Assembly (NCBI GenBank): GCA_965249485.1
Contig: OZ252239.1
Coordinates: forward strand, 1,152,001-1,216,000
Origin: a bacterium
Lineage (GTDB): Bacteria > SM23-31
DNA length: 64,000 nt
Reading direction: 5' to 3'
A program made the position numbers and the translations under genes. Positions 41,089 to 51,316 of this stretch are shown piece after piece. A model generated the notes under the pieces. The model was given only the letters and a program-made list of their open reading frames with translations, had not been told where the DNA came from and did no database searches. The number at the start of each line of letters is the position of its first letter. Position 1 is the stretch's first letter.

Positions 41089-41898
41089 GTGTTATATGTG
41101 ACCATAGTCAAGGATAAATTGGGTATTAATACGCCATTTTACGAAAACATCAATTTTGTTGATGCTCTTTTGCATCCGAATAGGCGGGGTTTTAGCAAAA
41201 AAATGTGCGACATGCTTGGTGTTTCAAAAGAAGCCGTATCAAACTGGAGAAACAGAGGTGTTGTTCCTCATCAAAATAATTTAAAGCGGTTTGCAGAAAA
41301 AGTATCAAGAGAATTAACAAGAAAATTCAATCAAGATGTATATTTCACGCCGAGTCAACTGAAGGAAGAAGATCTTATAACAATAATTGAGAAATTTAGA
41401 GAAAATACTGACCAATATGAAGTAAAAGAATCGGTCGCTCCATATTATCAACATAGAACAAATTTTGGTTTAAAACAGCCGGATTGGGTTAAAGATCTTA
41501 TCCCGCATATGATACACTCCATACCCGTATTCAATTCAATTCCTGAGGGTGAGCCACATGAATTGACAGATTCACGTTACATTCTTAAAAATGCTGATGA
41601 ATTTGTAATGACAGGAGTGCGTGACGTACATGCATATGCGCTTGCAGTCATTGGAGATATAATGGAACCGACACTTAGCGAAGGTGACCGGATAATTGTT
41701 TCCCCAAATTCAGAGACGGCGAATAAATGTGTAGTTGTATACAGATTAAATAATGGAAAGGCCGGATTAAGCCGCTTTCGACAAATTGGTACAGAAATTT
41801 ATTTAGAATTCGATGCAGATACACAGGAGATTATCCAGCACAATATCACAGAATTTATTTTTATCCACCGCGTTGTAGAAGTAATCAAGAAATTATGA
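41089..41898 (+). CDS. XRE/CI-like HTH repressor with degenerate S24 peptidase domain
   Basis: HTH MCDMLGVSKEAVSNWRN; C-terminal IPV....G.P and YAL.V.GD.MEP....GD.IIV.P fold pattern. Confidence 0.82.
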   Translation: MLYVTIVKDKLGINTPFYENINFVDALLHPNRRGFSKKMCDMLGVSKEAVSNWRNRGVVPHQNNLKRFAEKVSRELTRKFNQDVYFTPSQLKEEDLITIIEKFRENTDQYEVKESVAPYYQHRTNFGLKQPDWVKDLIPHMIHSIPVFNSIPEGEPHELTDSRYILKNADEFVMTGVRDVHAYALAVIGDIMEPTLSEGDRIIVSPNSETANKCVVVYRLNNGKAGLSRFRQIGTEIYLEFDADTQEIIQHNITEFIFIHRVVEVIKKL

Positions 41899-42020
41899 TT
41901 ACTAAAACATCCTGTACACCATAATTAATATAATATTCTCATACTACATTTAACTTCAAGTTCATACAACTTATTGCTTTTAATTAAATGCTGTAAATTG
42001 GTGATAATGCGTACGGTATA

Positions 42021-42507
42021 TTACCGGTTTAGAGGATTTTGTAGAGCATTGTTAACGGACTCAAACCAGAATGCGTATCGAGATTCTTGGAGGATACAGG
42101 ACGCAACTTTTTGACTCCCAAATATCACATCAGCAAGTTCACCGAATCGTATCTACAGAGGAAAGCGGGGAATGGACAAGAGGACCGGACGTTTGAATGC
42201 AGAACCGACAGTGAGAGCGATTGCTTGAATGAAACCAGGATTGGGGACACACCGTTCGGCCCGTACAGCAATGGCGTCATGATGATATGGTTCAAATCAT
42301 CAATAACATCATTAATATGAATTCATGAAATCCACTGTGAACCATTGCCGTAGTAACCGCCCAGACCTAATTTGAATGCGGGTGCCATTTTCCGGGAGTA
42401 CCGCCTCCGCGACCATTTCTCTTCTGGAAAGTACGGTAACACCGTAACCGTATTGCACACAATTCCCTGCCGATTAACCCGGTTACCTCTGTTATTAGCA
42501 CATTCAT
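42021..42507 (-). pseudogene. Degraded remnant of a TIGR01777/YfcH-type NAD-dependent epimerase gene
   Basis: Minus strand starts MNVLITEVTGLIGRELC and ends KRPVLLSIPRFPL*IRFGELADVIFGSQKV...YAFWFESVNNAL. The middle is deleted and there are stops and frameshifts. Confidence 0.65.
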
Positions 42508-42621
42508 AGTAGTATCCCTGATCGACTTGACGTGTTGAATCGCCTAATAAAAAATTTGTTAGGATTTTGACACAGAAATATATCTATTCGAAATAAAACT
42601 TTAAATAATTCGAGATATCGT

Positions 42622-43215
42622 CTAATCAACTGTAGGTAGCGTTATTCCCTTCTGAGATTGATATTTCCCGTCCTTATCCTTATAAGACGCGTGAGGTGCT
42701 TCGGTACTCTCAATAAACAATATTTGCGCAATTCCCTCATTTGCATGAATACGGACCGGATACGGAGACGAGTTCACAATAGACATGGTAATATACCCTT
42801 CCCATTCCGGCTCGAGAGGTGTGATATTTGCAATGATACCACACCGAGCGTACGTAGATTTTCCGGTACACAATCCCAAGACCTTTGACGGCATTTTGAA
42901 ATACTCTACTGTTCGACCGAGCATATAAGAATGGGGAGCCAGAACACAAGAATCACCTTTTGTTATGGTGAAAATATTTTTATCAAATGATTTTGGATCG
43001 ATAATGATGCCGGAATCCTCAGTAGATATGGAAGTCGGTAGTATAAAAAATTCATTGGCAATACGAGCGTCGTAACCATACGAAGACACACCGAAAGAAA
43101 CAACGTTTTTTCTGACCTGTTCCGGAGCAAACGGACTGATCATATCATGGCTTTTTGTCTGTTCAATAATCCACTCATCATTTTTAATCATCCTTTCAGG
43201 CATCCTTTCAGGCAT
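42622..43215 (-). CDS. dcd: dCTP deaminase
   Basis: S.GVSSYGYD, GKSTYARCG, TPLEPEWEG, NEGIAQ, GKYQ.Q.G. Start could be 43191, 43203 or 43215. Confidence 0.95.
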   Translation of the reverse strand: MPERMPERMIKNDEWIIEQTKSHDMISPFAPEQVRKNVVSFGVSSYGYDARIANEFFILPTSISTEDSGIIIDPKSFDKNIFTITKGDSCVLAPHSYMLGRTVEYFKMPSKVLGLCTGKSTYARCGIIANITPLEPEWEGYITMSIVNSSPYPVRIHANEGIAQILFIESTEAPHASYKDKDGKYQSQKGITLPTVD

Positions 43216-43221
43216 CCTTTC
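43189..43221. repeat. 12-bp tandem repeat (CATCCTTTCAGG, about 2.75 copies) spanning the dcd start
   Basis: Directly visible; encodes MPERMPERM. Confidence 0.85.
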
Positions 43222-43251
43222 TTTTATTTACGAATTTTTTTCAGGTTACTA

Positions 43252-44229
43252 TTACACCTGATTTATCCGATTCGTCGACAACTTTTCTAATATTTTTGCC
43301 ATATCGTCAGGTAGTGGTGCCTCGAACTGCATTATTTTTTTGGATGTCGGGTGCATAAATGATAATGCCGCGGCATGAAGAGCCTGTCTTGGAAATTGGC
43401 TCAGTAATTCCTGTGCTACCGACCGTTCATTCGATGTCAAATGGGACAATTGACGGTTTCTTCCCCGGTACAACGAATCACCGAACACTGGATTGCCAAC
43501 TGAGGCGAAATGCGACCGTATCTGATGAGTTCGGCCCGTTTTCGGCATAACATCAAGCAGTGTGAGATACCCGAATTCATCTCGAACTGTGTAGTGTGTT
43601 ACGCTCTCTTTGCCCTCAGCACCAGAGACCATTTTTTTTCTGTCTGATCTACTGCGGGATATCGACTTCGAAATCACTCCGGAATTACTTGATAACACTC
43701 CCCAGACAAGTGCAGTGTAGTGTTTTTCGATTGTTCTTTCGGCAAATTGATCTCCCAGTGACCGGTGACTGCGGTTATTTTTAGCCACGACCATGACACC
43801 CGACGTGTCCTTATCGAGTCTGTGAACTATGCCCGGACGTAAGACACCGTTAATTCCGGACAAATTATCAAGATGATACAGCAGTGCATTTACCAGTGTA
43901 CCTGACCGTATAGGGCCGGCAGGATGGACAATGAGACCAGCAGGTTTTTGTATTACTGCAATATCTCCATCCTGATAGACAATTTCAAGAGGGATATTCT
44001 CAGGCACAATTTCAAGAAGGACAGCTTCGGGAATTGTAACTGTAACAACATCTCCTGGAGCAACCATATAGCTTGGTTTAACCGTAACATTATTGCAAAG
44101 AACAGAATTAATGGTAATTAATTGCTTGATATGAGAGCGAGAATAGTCCGGAAAAGAGTTTGCAATAAAACGGTCAATTCTTTCAGGCTGACGGTCTGCA
44201 GGAAATTCGATTTTCAATAAGCGGGACAT
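43252..44229 (-). CDS. rluD: RluA-family pseudouridine synthase with S4 domain (RluD-like)
   Basis: RID....SRS, KPAG..VHP, GIVHRLDKDTSG, TGRTHQIR. Confidence 0.92.
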   Translation of the reverse strand: MSRLLKIEFPADRQPERIDRFIANSFPDYSRSHIKQLITINSVLCNNVTVKPSYMVAPGDVVTVTIPEAVLLEIVPENIPLEIVYQDGDIAVIQKPAGLIVHPAGPIRSGTLVNALLYHLDNLSGINGVLRPGIVHRLDKDTSGVMVVAKNNRSHRSLGDQFAERTIEKHYTALVWGVLSSNSGVISKSISRSRSDRKKMVSGAEGKESVTHYTVRDEFGYLTLLDVMPKTGRTHQIRSHFASVGNPVFGDSLYRGRNRQLSHLTSNERSVAQELLSQFPRQALHAAALSFMHPTSKKIMQFEAPLPDDMAKILEKLSTNRINQV

Positions 44230-44327
44230 AGCGGATTATACAATCAAAATTAGATAAGTCTCATTATCAACTAATTAATCCAATGATGATTAGAAAAGAA
44301 ATTAAAAAAAAGTTTCCGTTAATACTA

Positions 44328-44876
44328 TTATTCCTCAGCAGCAACGGACTCTTCTATATTGTTTTCCTGATACATATCGTGATGCCCTGCAAATATAGTA
44401 TACATCAGAAGAAACATACCGGTCGACACAGCAATATCAGCAATATTGAAAATCGGCCAGCGGGGTAAATATATCTCCGGCATAGATATAAAAAGAAAGT
44501 CAAATTGAGTGATATGGATGTCGGGAATATCAACGTCGAAGAAGTCGACAACTCTTCCATACAATAATCGGTCAAGAAGATTGCCGGCTGCACCGCCGAA
44601 TATCACAGCCAAAGCAAAACGGGGTAAAAATTTATCATTCCGAAATTTGATAAGATAGTAGAGGATTGCAAATGCGGCAATAAGAGATAATGCATTAAAA
44701 ATATATTTATTGGGTATAGCAATACCAAATGCCATACCCGAATTCTGAATATGGGTTAGTTTAAAGGTGTCACCGATAATCTCAATCGATTCGCGGAGTG
44801 CCAATTTCGATTTGGCAAGCCACTTTGTATACTGATCGAGCAGAAATATAGTTGCAGAAATAAAAAGTAATTTCAT
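44328..44876 (-). CDS. lspA: Lipoprotein signal peptidase II
   Basis: DQ.TK, N.GMAFG, GGA.GNL.DR...G.V.DF, IFN.AD. Confidence 0.95.
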   Translation of the reverse strand: MKLLFISATIFLLDQYTKWLAKSKLALRESIEIIGDTFKLTHIQNSGMAFGIAIPNKYIFNALSLIAAFAILYYLIKFRNDKFLPRFALAVIFGGAAGNLLDRLLYGRVVDFFDVDIPDIHITQFDFLFISMPEIYLPRWPIFNIADIAVSTGMFLLMYTIFAGHHDMYQENNIEESVAAEE

Positions 44877-44889
44877 GACGGATTAGAGC

Positions 44890-45252
44890 TTACTGTTTTG
44901 TTTTACAATCGAAGCACTTTGTTGCGATAGGAACCGCTTCAAGACGTTCTTCGTCAATTTCATTGTTGCATTTGGTGCAAATTCCGAAGGTGTTGTCTTC
45001 AATACGTTTAAGGGCTTGGTCAAGCCGCTCAAGGTATTGGCTCTCACGTGATGCAAACAGAAATGCTTTTTCGCGTTCCTGTGCATCAGTTCCCTGGTCC
45101 GCCATGTGAAATGAATACGATGAATGGTCACCCGAAGCGTCTTTTACAGTCGTATCCATTGTCTGCTCACGTAAATATTTCAATTTATCAATGAGCTCTT
45201 CCCGCTCTTCATTTATGAGCTTTATGAACTTCTTATATTTCTTCTTAACCAT
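44890..45252 (-). CDS. TraR/DksA-family C4 zinc-finger protein
   Basis: HMADQGTD..ERE, FGIC..C...I..ERLEAVP....C..CK. Confidence 0.92.
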   Translation of the reverse strand: MVKKKYKKFIKLINEEREELIDKLKYLREQTMDTTVKDASGDHSSYSFHMADQGTDAQEREKAFLFASRESQYLERLDQALKRIEDNTFGICTKCNNEIDEERLEAVPIATKCFDCKTKQ

Positions 45253-45338
45253 TACATATCCTCATGTAATAAGGTAATTCCAGAGTATAATAACAATTTT
45301 TTTTGTAATATCATACTATTTAATACATTGTCGAAAAC

Positions 45339-48300
45339 TTAGGATGAATTTATTATCCGTTCAATTCCAACACGGGCGGTTCCTGTTTCAAACTCAAAAG
45401 TACGCTCAAATTCTCCCGGTTGAAACGATGTTACAATTTCAGTCGTAAGCGTTTCTTCACTAATGTACGACTCCTCCTTCATAATAATGTCGCGAATAGA
45501 ATCTTCTGCATCGAGAAATAAACGTATCCTGTCAACAACTTCGAAATTGGCTTCTCTCCTCATGTTCTGGACCCGGTTGACAAATTCTCTTGCAAATCCT
45601 TCTCGCAGCAGTTCGGGTGTCAAATTGGTATTAATGCCGACGGTAAGTCCATTTCCTTCAATAACTGCCATTTCCGGTATCTGTTCCGTAATAATTTCAA
45701 GATCATTGTTCTCTAGAATATACACAGTACTGTTTATCTTAATAGTAATATCATTACCGCCTTCATAGCGTTCAATCTCGTCCTGCGGAAGCTCCGCAAG
45801 GACTGTTTTTGCTGCCTGAATATCTTTACCGAGTTTCGGGCCAAGTGCTTTAAAGTTGGGCCGTGCTACCTTTTTCATAAGTCCTGAGTCGTCTGACGAG
45901 AACGAGAGTGATTTAATATTCAATTCACTGAGTATCAAATTCTCTCCCTGCTCGATATGCTTTTGCTGCTGTTTGTCATTCGGTATCACTATTAATTCGG
46001 ATAGCGGCTGCCGTATCTTGATCCCCGATTTGCTTCTGACCGACCGGGCAAGTATACATACTCTTCGGATCTGGTCCATTCTATCTGAAAGATCGTCATC
46101 TCTGCCGATGAATATTGATTCGTCAACTGAAGGATACGGCTCGAGATGGACGCTCACATCAGGCGATCCGTCGGATGCTTTTAAATTTCGGTAAATTTCC
46201 TCAGACAGAAACGGAGCAATCGGAGCCATCAAACTACTGATAGTAATTATTGTTTCGTACAGTGTCTGATACGCAGCATTCTTATCGGGGCCTTTATCAC
46301 TTTTCCAGAATCTTCTCCGGTTCAACCGGACGTACCAATTTGAAAGGTCATCAATAACAAATTCTGAAATCGCCCGTGCCGCTTTTGTGATTTCATAGTT
46401 GTCCATTAAAGTGTTAGACGTTTCAACAAGCAGGGCAAGTGAAGAAAGGAGCCACCTGTCGATCTCCGAACGGTCCTGCATTGGAATGACCGAGTCGTCA
46501 GAATATACAAACTCGTCGATGTTTGCATATGTTACGAAAAAGGAATAAGTGTTAACTAAAGTTCCAAAAAACTTTTTAATTACTTCCTGAATTCCCTCAC
46601 GGTCAAACCGAGTCGGAATCCATGGAGGGCTGCTGCTGATAAGGTACCACCTGAGGGCATCGGCACCTTCCGAATCCAGCACATCGTTCGGGTGCATAAC
46701 ATTTCCTTTGCTTTTGGACATTTTGACACCCTCAGCGTCGAGAATCATGTCCATTGTCAGGCAACTTTTGTAAGCCGGTTTGTTATTCAGCAGCACGGAA
46801 ATTGCAAGAAGGGAATAGAACCATCCCCTCGTCTGGTCGATTGCTTCGCTGATAAAATCAGACGGATAGTGGAGATCGAATTTTTCTTTATTCTCAAACG
46901 GGTAGTGCCACTGTGCAAATGGCATGCTTCCAGAATCGAACCATGCATCGATAACTTCTGGTGTCCGCTCCATGATCCCACCGCATTTTTCACAGTCCAT
47001 TGTCACATCATCGATATACGGTTTATGCAGATCGAGCGGTTCCTGAAGCGGATTGTGACTTCGATTCTTCAAAGTTTCAATAGAATCGACAGAGTCCATC
47101 GAACCGCAGTCCGAGCAGATCCAGATATTGAGCGGCGTCCCCCAGAATCGGTCACGCGAAAGCGACCAATCAATATTATTTTCCAGCCACCGGTGGAACC
47201 TTTTTTCACCGACTTCTTTCGGTACCCACCAAACCTTCTCATTATTTTCGAGAAGCTGGTCTCTGAACTGGGTTGTCTTGATAAACCATGACTGCCGTGC
47301 ATAATACAGGAGTGGAGTATCACACCGCCAACAGTGGGGGTAACTGTGTTTGTAATCAACACTCTTCAAGAGTGCTCCCGACTCTTGTAAATCGGCTATG
47401 ATCTTTGGATCGGCATTCTTGACAAATAGTCCTTTATACGGTGTAATCTCTTCGGTAAAATTCCCCTTGTCATCGACCGGCTGAAAAATCGGGAGATCAT
47501 ATTTCAGACCCATTTGGTAATCGTCCTCACCAAATGCCGGAGCAATATGAACAATTCCTGTTCCTTCTTCGGTCGTCACAAATTCACCTGAGATAACGTA
47601 GAATGCCTTTTTATCCGCTTTCATGAATGAGAAAATCTGTTCGTACTCCATGTCAAGCAGGTCGGAACCCTTGCAAGTCTTAATAATCTCGTGTCCGTCA
47701 GGCAGGATATTTTTCCGGTCTTCTACAAGGATCAAGGTGTCATCACCGATTTTTGCATGCACATAGGTGCAATAGGGATTGACCGCCAGTGCGACATTCG
47801 AGAGGAGCGTCCACGGTGTTGTCGTCCAGAGCAGAAAATAGGTGTCAACTTCACTCTTTACCTTTGCCTTGATGTAAATCGAAGGATCGGTGACATCACG
47901 ATAGCCGAGAGAGACTTCATGGCTCGATAGCGGTGTTCCACACCGCGGACAATACGGGAGTATTTTGTGTCCTTTATAGATCAGGTCTCTCTTAAAAAGG
48001 TTATCGAGAATCCACCAGACCGATTCAATATAATTATTGGTATACGTGATATAGGGATCATCCAAATCGATCCAATATCCGATCCGCTCAGTAAGGTTGT
48101 CCCATTCCTGCTTATATTTCCAGACCGATTCGCGGCATTGCTTGTTGAATTTATCAATGCCATAATCAATTATTTTCTCTTTCGAGTCGAGATTCAGCGC
48201 CTTTTCGACCTCAATTTCAACCGGAAGGCCGTGTGTATCCCAGCCGGCTTTTCGCTCAACGCGAAATCCCTGCATCGTCTTGTATCTGCAGATCAGGTCT

Positions 48301-48494
48301 TTTATCGCTCGGGAAATTACATGGTGTACCCCCGGAGCTCCGTTTGCAGTTGGCGGCCCTTCGTAAAAAATGAACGGTTTGTCTTCCGGCCGTTCTTGCA
48401 CGGACCGTTCGAAAATTTTATTCTCTTTCCAGAATGCGAGAATTTTAGCTTCCAGATCGGGATAATGGACATTTGATGGTAATTTTTTAAACAT
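45339..48494 (-). CDS. ileS: Isoleucyl-tRNA synthetase (type 2)
   Basis: EGPPTANG.PGVHH, GWDTHGLP, WTTTPWTL, KMSKS, EG.AREFVNRVQ..R C-terminal domain. Confidence 0.97.
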   Translation of the reverse strand: MFKKLPSNVHYPDLEAKILAFWKENKIFERSVQERPEDKPFIFYEGPPTANGAPGVHHVISRAIKDLICRYKTMQGFRVERKAGWDTHGLPVEIEVEKALNLDSKEKIIDYGIDKFNKQCRESVWKYKQEWDNLTERIGYWIDLDDPYITYTNNYIESVWWILDNLFKRDLIYKGHKILPYCPRCGTPLSSHEVSLGYRDVTDPSIYIKAKVKSEVDTYFLLWTTTPWTLLSNVALAVNPYCTYVHAKIGDDTLILVEDRKNILPDGHEIIKTCKGSDLLDMEYEQIFSFMKADKKAFYVISGEFVTTEEGTGIVHIAPAFGEDDYQMGLKYDLPIFQPVDDKGNFTEEITPYKGLFVKNADPKIIADLQESGALLKSVDYKHSYPHCWRCDTPLLYYARQSWFIKTTQFRDQLLENNEKVWWVPKEVGEKRFHRWLENNIDWSLSRDRFWGTPLNIWICSDCGSMDSVDSIETLKNRSHNPLQEPLDLHKPYIDDVTMDCEKCGGIMERTPEVIDAWFDSGSMPFAQWHYPFENKEKFDLHYPSDFISEAIDQTRGWFYSLLAISVLLNNKPAYKSCLTMDMILDAEGVKMSKSKGNVMHPNDVLDSEGADALRWYLISSSPPWIPTRFDREGIQEVIKKFFGTLVNTYSFFVTYANIDEFVYSDDSVIPMQDRSEIDRWLLSSLALLVETSNTLMDNYEITKAARAISEFVIDDLSNWYVRLNRRRFWKSDKGPDKNAAYQTLYETIITISSLMAPIAPFLSEEIYRNLKASDGSPDVSVHLEPYPSVDESIFIGRDDDLSDRMDQIRRVCILARSVRSKSGIKIRQPLSELIVIPNDKQQQKHIEQGENLILSELNIKSLSFSSDDSGLMKKVARPNFKALGPKLGKDIQAAKTVLAELPQDEIERYEGGNDITIKINSTVYILENNDLEIITEQIPEMAVIEGNGLTVGINTNLTPELLREGFAREFVNRVQNMRREANFEVVDRIRLFLDAEDSIRDIIMKEESYISEETLTTEIVTSFQPGEFERTFEFETGTARVGIERIINSS

Positions 48495-48637
48495 ATTACA
48501 GCTTCAGTACATTATTGCTAATTATAGTTCTTATAGAGGATAACTAAAATCATTTTTACTGAAATTCCGGTGAACTAGCGGAACAGAATGGAAATTCTAA
48601 ATCACAAAACCTTAGTTAATCCATATTTTTTTCATAT

Positions 48638-49459
48638 TCAAAGTTTTTCAATCACCCTCTTAATCAGGGTAGTCAATTTTGGTTCAGCAGTCCCAGCTAT
48701 TTTGATAATTTCCTGAATATTTACGGGTTCAAGCGCATCGGGATTGCACAGATCGGTAATGACCGACAGCGCAAGCATCTTCAAACCGAGATGTACACCT
48801 GCGATAACCTCGGGAACCGTCGACATGCCAATAGCATCGGCGCCGATAATTTGCAGCATCCGGTATTCTGCAGCTGTTTCGAGGCTCGGTCCCGTCATCG
48901 ACGCATAGACACCCTGTCTAACCGAAATGTTTTCCTGGGCAGCAATACCCTCGGCGAGTGCAATCAGCTCGCGGTTATACGGTTGCGACATATCGGGGAA
49001 CCGCGGTCCTAGTGCATTCTCATTTTTTCCGATGAGCGGATTTGCACCGAGCAGATTGATATGGTCCTTAAGAATCATGATATCGCCCTTCGAAAAGTTG
49101 GGATTCAATCCTCCCGAGACATTCGAAATTATGAGCGTTTCGGTTCCGAGACTCTTCAAAACACGGACAGGAAACGCGATTTCCTGTGTCGAGTATCCTT
49201 CATACATGTGGAACCGCCCCTGCATCACCACGGCTTTTTTGCTGCCGATTGTACCGAGTATGAGTTTTCCGGCATGACTTTCTACCGTAGAAAGCGGAAA
49301 CCCCGGTATTGTCCCGTACGGAATTTCGGTCTCAATCAAAATGTCTTTGACAAGTCCGCCGAGTCCCGTTCCGAGTATGATAGCAACGTCGGGCACGAGA
49401 TCGGATTTTGACCGAATGGTCTCAACCGCCTTGTTAATTGCGTCGAGAACACTGCTCAC
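48638..49459 (-). CDS. punA: Purine-nucleoside phosphorylase (trimeric type)
   Basis: ILGTGLG, GRFHMYEGY, GPSLET.AE, GMSTVPE. Confidence 0.95.
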   Translation of the reverse strand: MSSVLDAINKAVETIRSKSDLVPDVAIILGTGLGGLVKDILIETEIPYGTIPGFPLSTVESHAGKLILGTIGSKKAVVMQGRFHMYEGYSTQEIAFPVRVLKSLGTETLIISNVSGGLNPNFSKGDIMILKDHINLLGANPLIGKNENALGPRFPDMSQPYNRELIALAEGIAAQENISVRQGVYASMTGPSLETAAEYRMLQIIGADAIGMSTVPEVIAGVHLGLKMLALSVITDLCNPDALEPVNIQEIIKIAGTAEPKLTTLIKRVIEKL

Positions 49460-50370
49460 GAACTGGCCCCCCTGTTATCGTTTTCCGTATCATCATGGTG
49501 AGATGAATCGTCATCATCCTCGTCGATGATTTTGTCGATCAGATTAAAACCGTTATGAAATTTTTGCGGCGGTGATTCATCCTGCTCTTCATGCTGACTC
49601 TTTATGTCGATACTTTCACCTTGGTCAGAACCCTTATCAGGAGACGGTTTCGTTGGCTCTTCCCGCTGACGCACAGGTTCCTCTGCAGTTCTCATCGGTT
49701 CTTCAACTGTTTTTTCGGGCATTTGAACGACAGGAGGACGTTCCTCCTGAGGTGGAAGCACTGGTTCCACAGGTTTCTGATCTACTGGCTCGGGATTAAG
49801 TTTTGATTTATCCTCGGAAGTTTCGGTTTCCTGTACGTTTTCCGATTCATGCCTTTCGGAAAGCCCGGACTGAAAATCCTCAGAAAAATTTCCTTTCCTA
49901 CGTCGCCGCTCCATATTGCTGAGTTCGGTAATTTCGTCTTCCTCAAGCTCAAGCACTGAAACCCATTCTTTCAACCGCCGGACGAACGATTCTTTCTGAG
50001 TTTTCAGAAAAGCGATTTCATCCTGAAGCTTTCTGAGCTCCCGCCGGGCAGATTCGGTGATCTGCTGAGCGGAAAATTCGGCCTCACGCATTTTTATATC
50101 GGCTTCTCTCCGTGACGATTCCTGCGTTTCGGCCGTAGACCGTTTTGCTTCGATGAGTGTTTCCTGAAGCGTCCCCTCAACCTGTTTAAAATTTTTCAGC
50201 TCCGTCTCATACTTCAAAACTTTATCGTCAAGTTCTTTTTTCTGCCGGAGGAGCAGCTCAAATTCATCAGCAATTATTTCGAGAAACGTGTCGACCTCAA
50301 TAGGATCGTATCCACGGATGACCTTCTTAAATTCCTGATTCTGTATATCACGTGGCGTAAATTTCAACAT
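49456..50370 (-). CDS. DivIVA-domain protein with a long disordered acidic/Pro-rich tail
   Basis: FTP.DI..QEFKK..RGYD..EVD.FL, coiled coil; yggS-divIVA-ileS neighbourhood. Confidence 0.9.
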   Translation of the reverse strand: MLKFTPRDIQNQEFKKVIRGYDPIEVDTFLEIIADEFELLLRQKKELDDKVLKYETELKNFKQVEGTLQETLIEAKRSTAETQESSRREADIKMREAEFSAQQITESARRELRKLQDEIAFLKTQKESFVRRLKEWVSVLELEEDEITELSNMERRRRKGNFSEDFQSGLSERHESENVQETETSEDKSKLNPEPVDQKPVEPVLPPQEERPPVVQMPEKTVEEPMRTAEEPVRQREEPTKPSPDKGSDQGESIDIKSQHEEQDESPPQKFHNGFNLIDKIIDEDDDDSSHHDDTENDNRGASS

Positions 50371-50425
50371 AGTTCAATTTCGTATAATGGAACGATATTT
50401 ATTTGATATTTCCGTAGAAAAGAAT

Positions 50426-51130
50426 TCAATTTTTCGGTTCTCTCTGCTTCCGTGCGCCGAAAATCGCTCTTCCGATGCGGACTATCGTCGCCCCCTCTTC
50501 AATGGCAATTTCGAAATCATCTGTCATACCCATCGACAGGTCCCGAAGTGGGTAATTAAAAATACTCTGCCGGTTCACATCCTTCTGTATCCCTGCAAGC
50601 TCCCGGAAATAGGGACGGGCATCTTCGCTTGCTGCCTGTATGGGGGGAATCGCCATCAATCCCCGGCACCGGAGGTTTGTAAATGCCCCGAGCTCTTTCA
50701 GAAACGGAATTACCTCATCAGGAAGCACGCCCGATTTCGCTTTTTCTCCGCCGATATTCACTTCGGCAAAAACATCGATAGTGCGGTCAGCACGATTATC
50801 GATTTCGGCAGCCAGTCGCACACTGTCAACAGAGTGGATGACGTTAAAGATAGTTAAAACCTGCTTGACTTTATTACGCTGGAGATGGCCGACCATGTGC
50901 CAGACGGCTCTCTGCTTCACTTCGCCATGTTTTGCGAGGGCTTCCTGTACCCGGTTCTCTCCGATATGTTCAATGCCAAGACTAATCGCTTTGTCGACGA
51001 TCTCAGCAGGATGAGTCTTCGTAACTGCAATAACTGTAACATTTTCCGGACTTCGTCCGCTCCGCACAGCAGCGTTTGCAATCCGCTCTCGGACAACACG
51101 AATATTATCACTAATGTTCATTGTATTCAT
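50426..51130 (-). CDS. yggS: PLP homeostasis protein YggS
   Basis: [44 protein letters not shown]. Start approximate. Confidence 0.95.
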   Translation of the reverse strand: MNTMNISDNIRVVRERIANAAVRSGRSPENVTVIAVTKTHPAEIVDKAISLGIEHIGENRVQEALAKHGEVKQRAVWHMVGHLQRNKVKQVLTIFNVIHSVDSVRLAAEIDNRADRTIDVFAEVNIGGEKAKSGVLPDEVIPFLKELGAFTNLRCRGLMAIPPIQAASEDARPYFRELAGIQKDVNRQSIFNYPLRDLSMGMTDDFEIAIEEGATIVRIGRAIFGARKQREPKN

Positions 51131-51316
51131 AAAAGTAGAAACACTAAATATATAATAAATAAGGCACAAATGCAATATAATAAGGAGAGTTGAATTGTCA
51201 CAAACAGGGATGTATTCTGCTTGATTATGTCACGGGACTGTCTTATTTTACGGCTTCTTTACAGCGATGATTGAAAACAGTGAAATTCACATTTTACAAA
51301 TGAGTTAGGGCAGGTA

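Noticed and set aside
42087..42320. 77-aa plus-strand ORF
   Set aside because: It is antisense to the recognisable epimerase remnant and has no motifs.
40400..42600. Prophage around the CI-like repressor
   Set aside because: No integrase, structural or replication genes and no att-like repeats.
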